Origin: a virus | Strand: one strand, 5' to 3' | IMG/VR virus record: IMGVR_UViG_3300045911_000130 | Span: 39,464 to 103,463 of that record | DNA length: 64,000 nt | Part shown: one piece after another, positions 63,655-64,000 of the stretch | Position numbering within the stretch: position 1 is the stretch's first letter | How the letters are laid out: each line of letters opens with the position of its first letter | Position numbers and translations under genes: made by a program | The notes under the pieces: model-generated | Database searches by the model: none | The model's input: only the letters and a program-made list of their open reading frames with translations | What the model was told of the DNA's origin: nothing

Positions 63655-64000
63655 ATGGAGTACTTGAGAAAAACGAGTGTATGTGTGTTCCTGGGAGTAG
63701 CAATATGGGTGTTTGTGGAGCTTGCATTATGCGTGAGGCAGATTAGGAGAGAAGTGAGAGGGGTAGCAGGGCTTGGCGAGAGAGTCGAGAGGCAAGTGGG
63801 GGTAGCGAGTAAGGATGTGCAGTTTGAAGTACAGGAAGTTGCGCGAGAGTTAAAGGATACCCTACGGCAAGCAGGGGGATTAGCAAAGACGGGCCGGTTG
63901 GTGGTGGCGGGGGCGGGGCGGAGTATGAAGAGGCAGGAAGAGTATTGGGAGAGGTTGAGCCGGGAGAGCAGTCAGGTGGCTGGGGACATGAGGGTATTGG
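63655..64000 (+). CDS. Membrane-anchored coiled-coil protein, 3' truncated
   Basis: MEYLRKTSVCVFLGVAIWVFVELALCVRQIRREV...; open to the window end. Confidence 0.55.
   Translation, partial: MEYLRKTSVCVFLGVAIWVFVELALCVRQIRREVRGVAGLGERVERQVGVASKDVQFEVQEVARELKDTLRQAGGLAKTGRLVVAGAGRSMKRQEEYWERLSRESSQVAGDMRVL

Noticed and set aside
1-64000. Stop-codon reassignment suggested by the internal TAA at 60822-60824
   Set aside because: TAA, TAG and TGA all end well-supported genes, and long genes are intact in the standard code

Overview
Most of the genome of a tailed dsDNA phage or prophage with podovirus-type architecture. No terminase, integrase, DNA polymerase, tRNA or CRISPR array was seen, and the window opens inside a probable portal gene. 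1-28.2 kb (+): virion operon with scaffold, major capsid, two decoration paralogs, three adaptor-like proteins, a 2133-aa nozzle-like protein with about 10 tandem C-terminal domains, a beta-helix tailspike, a GNAT and four ejection proteins, the last with a ParB/Srx-like domain. 28.3-39.4 kb: accessory region with an Ig-like protein plus membrane peptide, a PEP-CTERM/DUF4114 surface protein, HNH-AP2, a dual-frame split C5 methyltransferase, a truncated N6 MTase, and FkbM, GT4 and TPR-GT9 genes interleaved with lysis genes. 39.4-52 kb (-): nucleases, DnaB, CHC2 zinc finger, replication initiator, SF2 helicase, PD-(D/E)XK exonuclease, KTSC and RecT/Bet. 52-63 kb (-): early region containing a Ycf46-like AAA/DUF1257/DUF2997/DUF3150-like module whose ATPase has Walker B placed before Walker A, and many small genes sharing a GTAC-box promoter and a GGAGACACCACCATG start motif. 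A dif-like site and three ARG-box-like repeats lie at about 63 kb. The host is tentatively Acidobacteriota or a similar PEP-CTERM-using lineage (inference). All family assignments come from recognising motifs by eye, not from database searches.
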